From the NCBI RefSeq assembly GCF_011045215.1, contig NZ_CP049202.1: 64,000 nt of DNA; one strand, 5' to 3'. The notes under the pieces are model-generated. The model saw nothing but the letters and a program-made list of their open reading frames with translations, had not been told where the DNA came from and ran no database searches. The stretch comes from Escherichia coli. GTDB taxonomy: Bacteria > Pseudomonadota > Gammaproteobacteria > Enterobacterales > Enterobacteriaceae. How positions within the stretch are numbered: position 1 is the stretch's first letter; every line of letters begins with the position of its first letter. Positions 51,555 to 61,608 of the stretch are shown here, one piece after another. A program made the translations under genes and the position numbers.

Positions 51555-51603
51555 TTGACTGTGTGTGGATTCAGTTATTAGAATACTGTATATACATACA
51601 GCA
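51555..51603 (+). promoter_or_regulatory. imp promoter with LexA (SOS) box
   Basis: TTGACT (51555-51560), 18-nt spacer, TAGAAT (51579-51584). TACTGTATATACATACAGCA at 51584-51603 fits CTGT-N8-ACAG. Confidence 0.85.
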
Positions 51604-51624
51604 AAAGAAAAGGGAGATGAGAAC

Positions 51625-51873
51625 ATGATCCGCATTGAAATTCTTTTCGACCACCAGAGCACAAAAAACCTCAAATCAGGCACACTTCAGGCGCTACAGA
51701 ATGAAATCGAACAACGTCTGAAACCACACTACCCGGAAATCTGGCTACGTATAGACCAGGGCAGCGCCCCGTCTGTATCTGTCACTGGAGCCCGCAACGA
51801 CAAGGATAAAGAACGTATCCAGTCTCTGCTGGAAGAAATCTGGCAGGACGACAGCTGGCTGCCCGCAGCATGA
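51625..51873 (+). CDS. impC: ImpC (DinI-like) protein, 82 aa
   Basis: MIRIEILFDHQSTKNLKSGTLQALQNEIEQRL... is DinI-family. It is the first gene of a three-gene operon with UmuD/UmuC homologs. Confidence 0.85.
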   Translation: MIRIEILFDHQSTKNLKSGTLQALQNEIEQRLKPHYPEIWLRIDQGSAPSVSVTGARNDKDKERIQSLLEEIWQDDSWLPAA

Positions 51874-52307
51874 GTACCGTTTATCACCGTCCGGCTGACC
51901 CTTCAGGCGATGACAGTTACGTGCGACCGTTGTTTGCCGATCGTTGCCAGGCCGGTTTTCCTTCGCCTGCCACTGATTATGCTGAGCAGGAACTGGATCT
52001 GAACAGCTATTGCATCAGCAGACCTGCAGCCACCTTCTTTCTGCGCGCCAGCGGTGAATCGATGAACCAGTCTGGCGTGCAGAATGGTGATCTGCTGGTA
52101 GTGGACAGGGCCGAAAAACCACAACACGGGGACATCGTTATCGCTGAGATCGACGGTGAGTTCACCGTCAAACGACTGCTGTTGCGCCCACGCCCGGCAC
52201 TGGAGCCGGTTTCAGACAGCCCGGAGTTCCGCACACTGTATCCGGAAAACATCTGTATTTTTGGTATTGTCACTCACGTGATACACAGGACGCGGGAGTT
52301 ACGCTGA
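51870..52307 (+). CDS. impA: ImpA (UmuD-like), 145 aa
   Basis: LexA/UmuD-type S24 peptidase region (GESM...K). Overlaps impC and impB. Confidence 0.88.
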   Translation: MSTVYHRPADPSGDDSYVRPLFADRCQAGFPSPATDYAEQELDLNSYCISRPAATFFLRASGESMNQSGVQNGDLLVVDRAEKPQHGDIVIAEIDGEFTVKRLLLRPRPALEPVSDSPEFRTLYPENICIFGIVTHVIHRTRELR

Positions 52308-53577
52308 TGTTTGCACTGGCTGATATCAACAGTTTCTACGCCTCATGTGAAAAAGTTTTCCGCCCGAACCTTCGCAACGAACCGGTCATCGTACTCAGCA
52401 ATAACGATGGCTGTGTGATCGCGCGCAGCCCGGAGGCAAAAGCCCTTGGCATCAGAATGGGGCAGCTCTGGTTTCAGGTGAGACAAATGCGCCTGGAGAA
52501 GAAAATACATGTATTTTCCAGCAATTATGCGCTGTACCACAGCATGAGCCAACGGGTTATGGCTGTTCTGGAGTCGCTTTCTCCCGCAGTTGAGCCCTAC
52601 TCAATTGATGAAATGTTCATTGATTTGCGGGGGATAAATCATTGCATCTCTCCGGAGGTTTTTGGTCATCAGCTCAGGGAACAGGTAAAGAGCTGGACAG
52701 GACTCACCATGGGGGTGGGCATTGCGCCTACAAAAACGCTGGCTAAAAGTGCACAGTGGGCAACAAAGCAATGGCCACAGTTTTCCGGTGTGGTCGCGCT
52801 GACGGCAGAAAACCGTAATCGGAGCTTGAAGCTACTGGGGCTGCAGCCAGTTGGTGAGGTCTGGGGAGTAGGACGCAAACTGACGGAAAAGCTGAATGCG
52901 CTGGGTATTAACACAGCACTGCAACTGGCGCAGGCTAACACGGCATTCATCCGGAAAAACTTCAGCGTCATTCTTGAGCGTACGGTACGCGAACTCAACG
53001 GCGAGTCCAGCATATCCCTGGAAGAAGCACCACCGGCAAAACAGCAGATTGTCTGTAGTCGCAGTTTTGGTGAACGAATCACAGACAAAGATGCCATGCA
53101 CCAGGCTGTTGTTCAGTATGCAGAGCGGGCCGCAGAGAAACTACGTGGGGAGCGTCAGTATTGTCGGCAGGTGACGACATTTGTACGGACATCCCCCTTT
53201 GCAGTAAAAGAACCCTGTTACAGCAATGCCGCTGTGGAAAAGCTTTCATTGCCACACAGGACAGCCGGGACATTATTGCCGCCGCATGCAGAGCCTTAAA
53301 CCATGTCTGGCGTGAAGGGTACCGCTATATGAAGGCAGGAGTCATGCTGGCTGATTTCACACCATCGGGTATAGCGCAGCCGGGATTATTTGATGAAATC
53401 CAGCCCCGTAAAAACAGTGAAAAGTTAATGAAAACACTCGATGAACTGAACCAGTCGGGAAAAGGGAAAGTGTGGTTTGCGGGGCGAGGAACCGCCCCTG
53501 AATGGCAAATGAAACGGGAAATGCTATCGCCTTCGTATACAACACAATGGACTGAGATCCCCATTGCTTCATTCTGA
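52307..53577 (+). pseudogene. impB: impB (UmuC-like Y-family polymerase) with a single-nt frameshift
   Basis: MFALADINSFYASCEKVF.... The frame switches near 53252-53258, between AAVEKLSLP and TQDSRDIIAAA. 1271 nt, which is 1 nt short of 424 codons. Confidence 0.8.
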
Positions 53578-53581
53578 TATA

Positions 53582-53974
53582 TCAGAATAATTTTTTCATT
53601 TTAAGACGCACATCATTCATTGCCTCCTGCACCGAATCAGTAGCAGAAGGAGGCATTTTTTCAACAGATTGCGAAGCACCGAGTTCAGTCAACACAGCTC
53701 TGATATCGGCCTGAGAAGGCTTCCATCCAGTCGTCTGACTGAGTAAGGTTACAACCTGATCTGCTGAAAACTCCTCGCTCAAAATGGCTGTCAGCAATAC
53801 AGGCAGGCGAGGATCAAGTTGGTGTAACGCCATTCCAGAAATAAATGCATTCCGGAACAGCTCACCACGCTCAGAACGCGGAACGGACTCTATCGCTTCC
53901 AAAGTTTGAAAGTCTGCAGCTTTTTCCGGATGCAGATAAAGTGTGTATTTTTTCCTTTTCCGTTCATCGTCCAC
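53582..53974 (-). CDS. parR: ParR-like centromere-binding protein (GTG start), 130 aa
   Basis: Immediately downstream of the parM-like gene. SD AAAGAGGAG before GTG. The N-terminal KKYTLYLHPEK segment is RHH-like. Confidence 0.65.
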   Translation of the reverse strand: MDDERKRKKYTLYLHPEKAADFQTLEAIESVPRSERGELFRNAFISGMALHQLDPRLPVLLTAILSEEFSADQVVTLLSQTTGWKPSQADIRAVLTELGASQSVEKMPPSATDSVQEAMNDVRLKMKKLF

Positions 53975-53978
53975 AATA

Positions 53979-54950
53979 TTACTCCTCTTTGAAAGCCGCG
54001 ATAGCTTCAACCAGTGCTGTCTGTGGCGACTCCATCATCACTACTTTTTGCCCAAGATGGTGCCATGCCGTTTTTATCGAATCATAGATCAACGGGGCCC
54101 CACCACCGACAACATAAACACGATTCACATGATGGAAATCACCGAGCTCATTGACTACTTGCTCCCCCAAACTGGCAATAGCCCCCTCAATGGTATTAAG
54201 GACCAGATCAGTTTTTGTTTCGTCATTTATAACCTGCCGAACAAAGTCCGGGTCATTACGACGTTTAATCAATTCATCTGCAACGAGGAAACTGGTATCA
54301 CTGGATGCCATGCGCAATGCACTCATTGCAGCTTTCGTAACTGAAGACACACCAATGCCAGAATTACCATGAATGGCACTTACAGAGTCAAATTGACCAA
54401 CGATAACACCAACATCAAGCGTAGTGCCGCCAATATCAACTACCAGCGATTTTTCGAACTGACCAACTTTATCCACGACCAGACGAGAAAACACAGCTGG
54501 CAATGATTCAGGCATCACATCAACGTGTTCAATGGTGAAAACATCGCCTTTATTAAGACGAATCGGCCTCATTAAATTCTCAATTTTACGCTGAATGTTG
54601 AGTTCATTTTTTTGACACTCTTTCGTATAGAACTCACTGATAGGCAAAGTCACAGTCAATGATACAGGCTGAGGCGCTAATCCACTATTCAGTAAAGCGT
54701 GATGCACAGCTAACAGGTTAACATCCGTATATTGATACTCAATATGAGTCGTAAGAATAGATTGGTTGCTAACTTCATCATACGTGTATTTTTTACCATC
54801 CAGTTCATAGTTAAATGTCTGGCGAATTCCTAACCCGTCAACCTTCCATCCATGACGAAATGAGTTTTGCGACAACGACTTACAGATTTTTCCATTATCA
54901 TTCCATGCCAACTTGATTGTTGTTGAACCATCATCGCAGTATACGTTCAT
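53979..54950 (-). CDS. parM: ParM/StbA-family actin-like partition ATPase, 323 aa
   Basis: DDGSTTIKL..., VVDIGGTTLD and VYVVGGGA are actin-fold phosphate motifs aligned with R1 ParM as recalled. Confidence 0.85.
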   Translation of the reverse strand: MNVYCDDGSTTIKLAWNDNGKICKSLSQNSFRHGWKVDGLGIRQTFNYELDGKKYTYDEVSNQSILTTHIEYQYTDVNLLAVHHALLNSGLAPQPVSLTVTLPISEFYTKECQKNELNIQRKIENLMRPIRLNKGDVFTIEHVDVMPESLPAVFSRLVVDKVGQFEKSLVVDIGGTTLDVGVIVGQFDSVSAIHGNSGIGVSSVTKAAMSALRMASSDTSFLVADELIKRRNDPDFVRQVINDETKTDLVLNTIEGAIASLGEQVVNELGDFHHVNRVYVVGGGAPLIYDSIKTAWHHLGQKVVMMESPQTALVEAIAAFKEE

Positions 54951-55178
54951 CTATAGCCCCTTAAATACTCAATCTGAGTAAATCATTGTTTCTAGTTGCA
55001 AGGTAATACTCAATTTGAGCACTATCATAGTTATGAAATCACAAAACACAAGTATTATTTATTACATCACATAACGCACTTCATATTTCACACTTCATAA
55101 ATATGAACACATATTGACACCTCAGGTTACCGTGTCAAAATATCATCATACTTCACATATCACATTTATGAGGTTGCA
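54951..55178. promoter_or_regulatory. Shared divergent promoter/centromere region (parC1-like) with iterons
   Basis: tactcaatctgagta (54966-54980) and tactcaatttgagca repeats. Several acttca / tgaaatcaca motifs. Confidence 0.55.
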
Positions 55179-55823
55179 ATGATTACTGTAGTTGGTGGGA
55201 ACAAAGGTGGTTCAGGGAAAACTACCATTGCATCAAACCTGGCTATTGCTCTCGCAAATAAAGGAAGGGAAGTCTGCCTGTTAAACGGAGATCTACAACG
55301 AACAGCCGCAAAACATCATGCGGAACGAGAAGCTGCAGGACTGTTACCAGCAATAACCCTTGTTGAGAAATTTGATAACCTGACACAAACACTACAGGCT
55401 CTGAATGAAAAGTTCGATGATGTAATAGTGGATGTCGCAGGAAGAAACTCAAAGGAATTCATAACGAGTGGAGTTGTCGCACATCAAATAATTGCGCCAC
55501 TACAGTGTTCTCAACCAGATCTGGATACTCTTACAGAACTAGAACAACAGATAGACGCAATGCGTAACCTTAACCCGGAACTTAAGGTTTATTGTTTACA
55601 AAGTATGGCAACAACCAATCCGGTTTTGAGGGGAAATGAGAGAAAAGAATTCCTTGAATATCTTGAAGAATTCCCAACAATTCAAGTCCTTGATTCAGTT
55701 ATTTGTTTCAGAAAAGTCTATCGCGATTGCATGAGCAACGGCACCGGTGTAGTAGAAACGAACAATACAGCAGCCAAAGCAGAAATTGAACATTTAATGA
55801 ATGAGGTATTTGGCCCATGGTGA
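55179..55823 (+). CDS. parA: Small ParA-type (type Ib) partition ATPase, 214 aa
   Basis: Deviant Walker A GGNKGGSGKTT. Confidence 0.85.
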   Translation: MITVVGGNKGGSGKTTIASNLAIALANKGREVCLLNGDLQRTAAKHHAEREAAGLLPAITLVEKFDNLTQTLQALNEKFDDVIVDVAGRNSKEFITSGVVAHQIIAPLQCSQPDLDTLTELEQQIDAMRNLNPELKVYCLQSMATTNPVLRGNERKEFLEYLEEFPTIQVLDSVICFRKVYRDCMSNGTGVVETNNTAAKAEIEHLMNEVFGPW

Positions 55824-56092
55824 AGAAACCCAGCCAGCAAGCATTAAACAGAGCTGCAGTTACGGTAGAACAAGCAGAGGCTCTGGCTCAGCGCCTTGCG
55901 GATAAACCATACGGCGCGCCGGAAAAACCCGAACCAGAAAAACAATGTCGGACGACAATCTCTCTTGGTGAAAGCATGCTTGTCACAATAGAAGATCTGG
56001 CATTGAGGAATAAACGCAATGGTAAAGATCCAAAAAATGTAAGTGCCATCGTCAGAGTAGCCCTTGAGCAATACTTAAAAACACTAACGTAA
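55817..56092 (+). CDS. Small partition adaptor (ParB/ParG-like, RHH C-terminus), 91 aa
   Basis: Overlaps the parA stop. The C-terminal IVRVALEQYL segment is typical of an RHH fold. Confidence 0.6.
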   Translation: MVKKPSQQALNRAAVTVEQAEALAQRLADKPYGAPEKPEPEKQCRTTISLGESMLVTIEDLALRNKRNGKDPKNVSAIVRVALEQYLKTLT

Positions 56093-56229
56093 TAATCAAT
56101 AAGTTATTACTTATGAAATCACACTTGTGAATTCATACTTTTTAAGCACCCTTGCATACAAGAGATCACATATTGCAGTGGTCTCTTTTTTTACAGAATA
56201 AATCACAATTCATAATTATGATTTATGAA
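56093..56229. promoter_or_regulatory. Second iteron cluster (parC2-like)
   Basis: atgaaatcaca and aaatcacaattcataattatgatttatgaatt repeat the motifs seen at 55030-55170. Confidence 0.45.
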
Positions 56230-57039
56230 TTATGCGTGTCTGTTTTTCAGCATTGTGACCGCATCGGACTCAGGCATCGAAAACTGCACCCGGTGCCGTG
56301 CAGCCACATCCAGCGCAAACACCTTCGTGTAGACCTCCGTTGAGCTGATGGACTTATGCCCCATCAGGCTCTGCAGGACCTTCAGTGGTATACCGGCATA
56401 CAGCATGTGCATCGCATGGGAATGGCGGAACGTATGTGGCGTGACCGGGACAGAGAACGTCACACCGTCAGTAGCAGCGGCGGCAACCGCCTCCCCAATC
56501 CAGGTCCTGACCGTTCTGTCCGTCACTTCCCAGATCCGCACTTTCTCTGTCCTGCCTGTTCGTTTATTACGCCGTTCCAGAGGAATTTTCAGTGTTGCCA
56601 CCATCGTCTGCAGCTGACTGACGTACCAGGAGTCGGAGAGCGGAACCAGCCGGTGAGTCTGCTGTCCGGCAGGCGTTCTTCCTGCCGTCCTGGCGGCTTT
56701 TTCGGTCCGCTGCTTCAGAGTGGCCAGCTGCACAAACGGATACGGAGGCGCAAGCGAAAAATCCCCCCGCGTCAGCGCCAGTGCTTCATTAATGCGCGCA
56801 CCGGTGTTCCACAGTGTGGCCAGCAGCATCTTGCGGCGCAGATCCGGGACGTAATGGAGCAGGGCACTCACTTCCGGAGCCAGCAGATATTTCGGCAGTT
56901 CATCATGAACCATCGACATCTGGCGAAGTGCCAGAGCTGCCGGATAATCAATGACAACAGGAAGTTGTGGAGACTGTCCGGCAGAATACACTGCCGGTAC
57001 CCTGGCTGCAGACTGGCTGTGTATAACGGAGCCTGACAT
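56230..57039 (-). CDS. resD: ResD tyrosine recombinase (multimer resolution), 269 aa
   Basis: HTFRHSHAMHML and GHKSISSTEVYTKV catalytic motifs. Located directly downstream of ccdB as in F. Confidence 0.85.
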   Translation of the reverse strand: MSGSVIHSQSAARVPAVYSAGQSPQLPVVIDYPAALALRQMSMVHDELPKYLLAPEVSALLHYVPDLRRKMLLATLWNTGARINEALALTRGDFSLAPPYPFVQLATLKQRTEKAARTAGRTPAGQQTHRLVPLSDSWYVSQLQTMVATLKIPLERRNKRTGRTEKVRIWEVTDRTVRTWIGEAVAAAATDGVTFSVPVTPHTFRHSHAMHMLYAGIPLKVLQSLMGHKSISSTEVYTKVFALDVAARHRVQFSMPESDAVTMLKNRHA

Positions 57040-57565
<526 letters not shown>

Positions 57566-58118
57566 AGCACACCTCTTTTTGACATACTTCGGGTATGCAT
57601 ATAAGTATATATTATTATGATGCAAAAATCAGCGCGTAAATACACATACTGTTATCTTATTTTTAGTAAACCTTATTTATTTTACCTTGCGTTATGTTAA
57701 CCAATAAAAATCAAAATCTGACTTATAAAAACAAACCGTAATTATCGCATTCCCGTTTCTGTCAGATCCGACTTTCATGAATATCACAACTTTCCGGAAG
57801 TGTACCACGCTGAGAAAATCATCATATCACTGTTTTCCGCCCCTGCGCGGCGCATCACAGGTCAGGGAGATGACACAACATATAGTGTCATTAGCAGCTG
57901 AATTCAGAACTACATGTTGTGCTGATGGGAAGATGGCGCTGTGCGGCGGGAGAGGAAGATCCGTGACCAGGAGTTTTCGGATCTTCCTGAAGAAAAAGAA
58001 AGATTAATGCCTCTATGTCATCAATTAAAATAGATTACTGTCCAAAATGCATTAATGCTTTTTTTTGATTACAATATCTTGGCACTGTTGCATAAAAGAC
58101 AGAAATCACTCACGGCAC

Positions 58119-61100
58119 TCAGACGTGATTAAACATAGCTATGACAGGATCTGTCATCTCTGCATCCAGCTCCCAGAGATGGGTCATAATACTTTTAAGC
58201 GGATCATCTGCATCTTCCCGGCAGAACGTGCAGAACATCGTATCATCAGGATAACGGAACAGACGTAAACGGCCAAAAGATGAATTCCGTACCAGTAATG
58301 AGTAATTATCCTGACAGTCCGGAACGAAATATATTGTACAGTTGCCAATCATATATTGAAGAACATGTGGCTGATATCCCTTTTCTGGTTTACTTACTCT
58401 TTTTATGCCAAGTTCATTATGTTTATCAGTGCAATATTCAAGTTCGTATAATTTCCTGGAAAAACAATCACCATACACAATGAGAGTGCAATCTTCTTCT
58501 TTTTTCATAAAAATTTTTACTTTATGAAAAAGTTCATCCAGATTGCCTATATCCTCACTCAACTGACCGCGATTAATAAAGAGTTTCCGGTGAACTGTAT
58601 TAAGTATGTTGTCTGCAATTGTTGTTGAGGGAAAAAATGTCGGATCAATTGTGCGTCCAAGTTTCTTTGCCACACTTTCCTTATCAATGCCAATATTAAT
58701 CCATTGTTTTTCCCAGCGTTCTGAAATTCCAGTATCAGGTGTAAACTCAAACAGAGAAAGAAGATGATCTTTCTTAATATCATCAACAACATTCTGAGAG
58801 ATGTTCATATCAATTCTTCTGAAAAGATCGATGTCTGCTTCTGCCTTTATAATATCTGACTTAATACTTTCTTCAAAAGCGGATATGTACATGTCCAGCG
58901 TTCTGTTAAAGAATACAACTCGCGTAGCATACTCCTCCGATGTCTTCAGAAAGTTTTCTGCTACTTCTGTTGTGCTTTTTGTCAGAGATTTCAGCGTATA
59001 AACAATATTTTTTTTATCAGAAAATGAAAAAATCCCTTCACCGATTGCAGTAACCACTTTCTGGCTGATACGTTGTTCAGATACAGACAGCATTACCGCT
59101 ATATCAGCAAATGCAGGGTATAGTGTGTTTAAATCATCAACACTACTCATATAAATCCGCCCGGAAATAACCGGGCCTTTGTTGTTTCTGGTGAGCCTCT
59201 CCACCATATGAGACAAACGTGAAAACCAGTTACTGTGCTCGTCTGCATGGCAGAAAGTGAGACGTAATATAACATCAATAATATCAGTCTGACCTACTAT
59301 TGCCGAAGGTAGTGTATTATATGCACCAGTTGGGGCGACCAGTGAAGGAGACAGTAACCGTTTGATGACAGTGAGCAAATTGACATTTTTTTGTTGTCCC
59401 AGATACCTCACCATATAAGCTGACAGGAACAGGCGGAGATCAGTCATCACATTACGCATTGTCAGGGATAATGCGGCTTTTTCGTTATACGATGCCCCCC
59501 TCAATATGCAGGACTGACAGTTGTCTGAAACAGAGTGCAATAAAAAATCTGGCGTAAGAAAAAGGCTGTGCCACAGATATTCTTCGTGATAATGATTATG
59601 AAACTGCCCCTGATTAAGCCACAGCATAAACATATCAGTACTCAGATCAGTGGCATCAATATCATCAGATGTTATTGCCGTAATAAGCATTTCCATAGAG
59701 CGAAACAAATGTGATACAAGGGCCTCAGTATAGCCAGCAGTATCAACATTATTCTTAAACGTCAGACGCAACCACATATGCCAGCTTTCCCACTCGCCGA
59801 TAAAATGTTGCAGCATTGCAACATAACGTTGCTTCTGGTTCACTGATAACGCCTTGTTTCCAACATTCCAGTCAATCAGTATCTGCCAGATATCACACTG
59901 GGACTGAAGAGCCTGTTGCAACTCTCCGGTTCTGTCTTCTCCCCGATACCGGTAAAAAGACTGAGGAAGATGTATGATCTTTCGAAAATACGTAGATGTG
60001 GTATCCAGTGTTTTCACCACTTCTTCTGCAAGACGGTAGAAATCATTATGAAAAGACTGGCTTAAACTTTGTGGAAAAAATGAAATGGATACATCATCAA
60101 TATAATTTTTATCACCATACTGGAAACATCTTTTCAGTGTAATAAAGGTCGAAACAAGTCTGTCTGCAGCTTCCTCAAACGCCCCCAGATTTCGTTCATC
60201 CAGAGCATCATAAATTTCCCCATAAAAACCTCTGGTGAAATTTAAAAAATTTGTTTTTTCCCATTTGCTTCCACGGATAAAACAGAGCTTAAACAGCTTC
60301 TCCCAGATAGCATTATATCTGATACCGGTTGTAGCCAGAATAACCACTTCGCTGTTATGTATCCCCCACCCAGGTAAGACTCTGATTCTTGCAGGTCCCG
60401 TTCCGACAGGTTTTAATCTCCTGAGGAGAAACAATAATGGAAGTGTATAGATATCTCTCACACATTCATCCATTTTAAGTTTTAACTTCAGAAGATCAGA
60501 CTTTTCCTTCTCCGGAGAATCATAAACATCAACAGAGACATTCAGCCGTCCCATTTGGTTAATATATCTCCCAGGAAGAGCCAACCAGTTTTTTACCATT
60601 GCTGTTCTGATATGTTGCGCCACGACTTTTGAAATAAAATACTTAAGCATAATTCGATCACGCCGGCGATCATCCAGAACATTCAGGCTCTGAATAAAAA
60701 ACCAGATAGACAAACCAATATTCATGATCATCCAGATTATTGCCACTACAACAAGGCAAATATCAAGGTATTTATCCCCCCGGGCAGACAAAAGTTCACT
60801 CACCAGAATAAATGCAGCAAGGGAAAGACCGCTCAGACCTGCAAACATGTATCCTGAGTAAAGCTGATAGGCCGACTGGATATGCTCACGTGTCGATTTT
60901 TTCTGAAAAAGGACGCTGATCAGACCGACAACTAATGGAAATACAATACCAATGATGGTTAATTGTCCACCCAGCAGATCTGAGAGTCCATCTGGAAGCT
61001 TTTCAATCCCCTTAAAATACTGCCTGCCAAATGGAGCCAAGACCGGCCTCAGATACAAACCAGCAAGTACAATCATTATTGCACCAACCCAGAGAATCAA

Positions 61101-61250
61101 CATAGCCCGCCCATAGTATGTCGAGCACCAGGCCAGCAGGCGCTCAAAAACATTCCAGCGGTATTTTCGATATTCAGAATTCATACGTAAATTATGTCTG
61201 AGCTCACGATCAACAAGACTGTTCACGCTTTTAAACAGTTTACTCAACAT
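58119..61250 (-). CDS. Orphan 1043-aa protein: N-terminal 4-5 TM region plus ~850-aa unrecognised cytoplasmic region
   Basis: Single uninterrupted AT-rich ORF. TM helices lie within residues ~45-190. No P-loop or nuclease motif was seen. Cys pairs occur near the C-terminus. Confidence 0.7.
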   Translation of the reverse strand: MLSKLFKSVNSLVDRELRHNLRMNSEYRKYRWNVFERLLAWCSTYYGRAMLILWVGAIMIVLAGLYLRPVLAPFGRQYFKGIEKLPDGLSDLLGGQLTIIGIVFPLVVGLISVLFQKKSTREHIQSAYQLYSGYMFAGLSGLSLAAFILVSELLSARGDKYLDICLVVVAIIWMIMNIGLSIWFFIQSLNVLDDRRRDRIMLKYFISKVVAQHIRTAMVKNWLALPGRYINQMGRLNVSVDVYDSPEKEKSDLLKLKLKMDECVRDIYTLPLLFLLRRLKPVGTGPARIRVLPGWGIHNSEVVILATTGIRYNAIWEKLFKLCFIRGSKWEKTNFLNFTRGFYGEIYDALDERNLGAFEEAADRLVSTFITLKRCFQYGDKNYIDDVSISFFPQSLSQSFHNDFYRLAEEVVKTLDTTSTYFRKIIHLPQSFYRYRGEDRTGELQQALQSQCDIWQILIDWNVGNKALSVNQKQRYVAMLQHFIGEWESWHMWLRLTFKNNVDTAGYTEALVSHLFRSMEMLITAITSDDIDATDLSTDMFMLWLNQGQFHNHYHEEYLWHSLFLTPDFLLHSVSDNCQSCILRGASYNEKAALSLTMRNVMTDLRLFLSAYMVRYLGQQKNVNLLTVIKRLLSPSLVAPTGAYNTLPSAIVGQTDIIDVILRLTFCHADEHSNWFSRLSHMVERLTRNNKGPVISGRIYMSSVDDLNTLYPAFADIAVMLSVSEQRISQKVVTAIGEGIFSFSDKKNIVYTLKSLTKSTTEVAENFLKTSEEYATRVVFFNRTLDMYISAFEESIKSDIIKAEADIDLFRRIDMNISQNVVDDIKKDHLLSLFEFTPDTGISERWEKQWINIGIDKESVAKKLGRTIDPTFFPSTTIADNILNTVHRKLFINRGQLSEDIGNLDELFHKVKIFMKKEEDCTLIVYGDCFSRKLYELEYCTDKHNELGIKRVSKPEKGYQPHVLQYMIGNCTIYFVPDCQDNYSLLVRNSSFGRLRLFRYPDDTMFCTFCREDADDPLKSIMTHLWELDAEMTDPVIAMFNHV

Positions 61251-61608
61251 AAGTAACCTTCATAACCGGATTTATCCTCTGATTTCACTGCCAGAATGAT
61301 ACGTTGATTTACCTATTTTTATAACTGTGAATCAAGCTCAGCTCAGTTCCAGACTCCGACAAGCCAGACAGATATTGATTCCAGACTTTGTTATAAGATA
61401 TTGACTAGCTCACTCTTAAGAACTAATTTTAAAATTTTGTTGATAACATCTTTCAGCCTCTCTGGTTTTCTAGGCCCAAGCCAGCAACGTCAGCCCCCAC
61501 AGCTCCTAAGCTCCTATAGTTGGATTAATATGAGCGAAGCTGTCGAACTAGCGTTACCGGACGAAGAAGTTCTTCTGTTCAGGACCGCAAAGACATGGAA
61601 ACGATGTT

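Noticed and set aside
57566-58118. Search for the ResD target / rfsF or a dif/cer-like Xer site upstream of ccdA (e.g. gcgttatgttaacc resembling the XerD arm TTATGTTAAAT), and the 76-aa ORF 57777..58007
   Set aside because: Only one half-site-like string was found, with no convincing XerC arm at the right spacing. I cannot recall the rfsF sequence well enough to call it. The ORF has no SD and an implausible composition.
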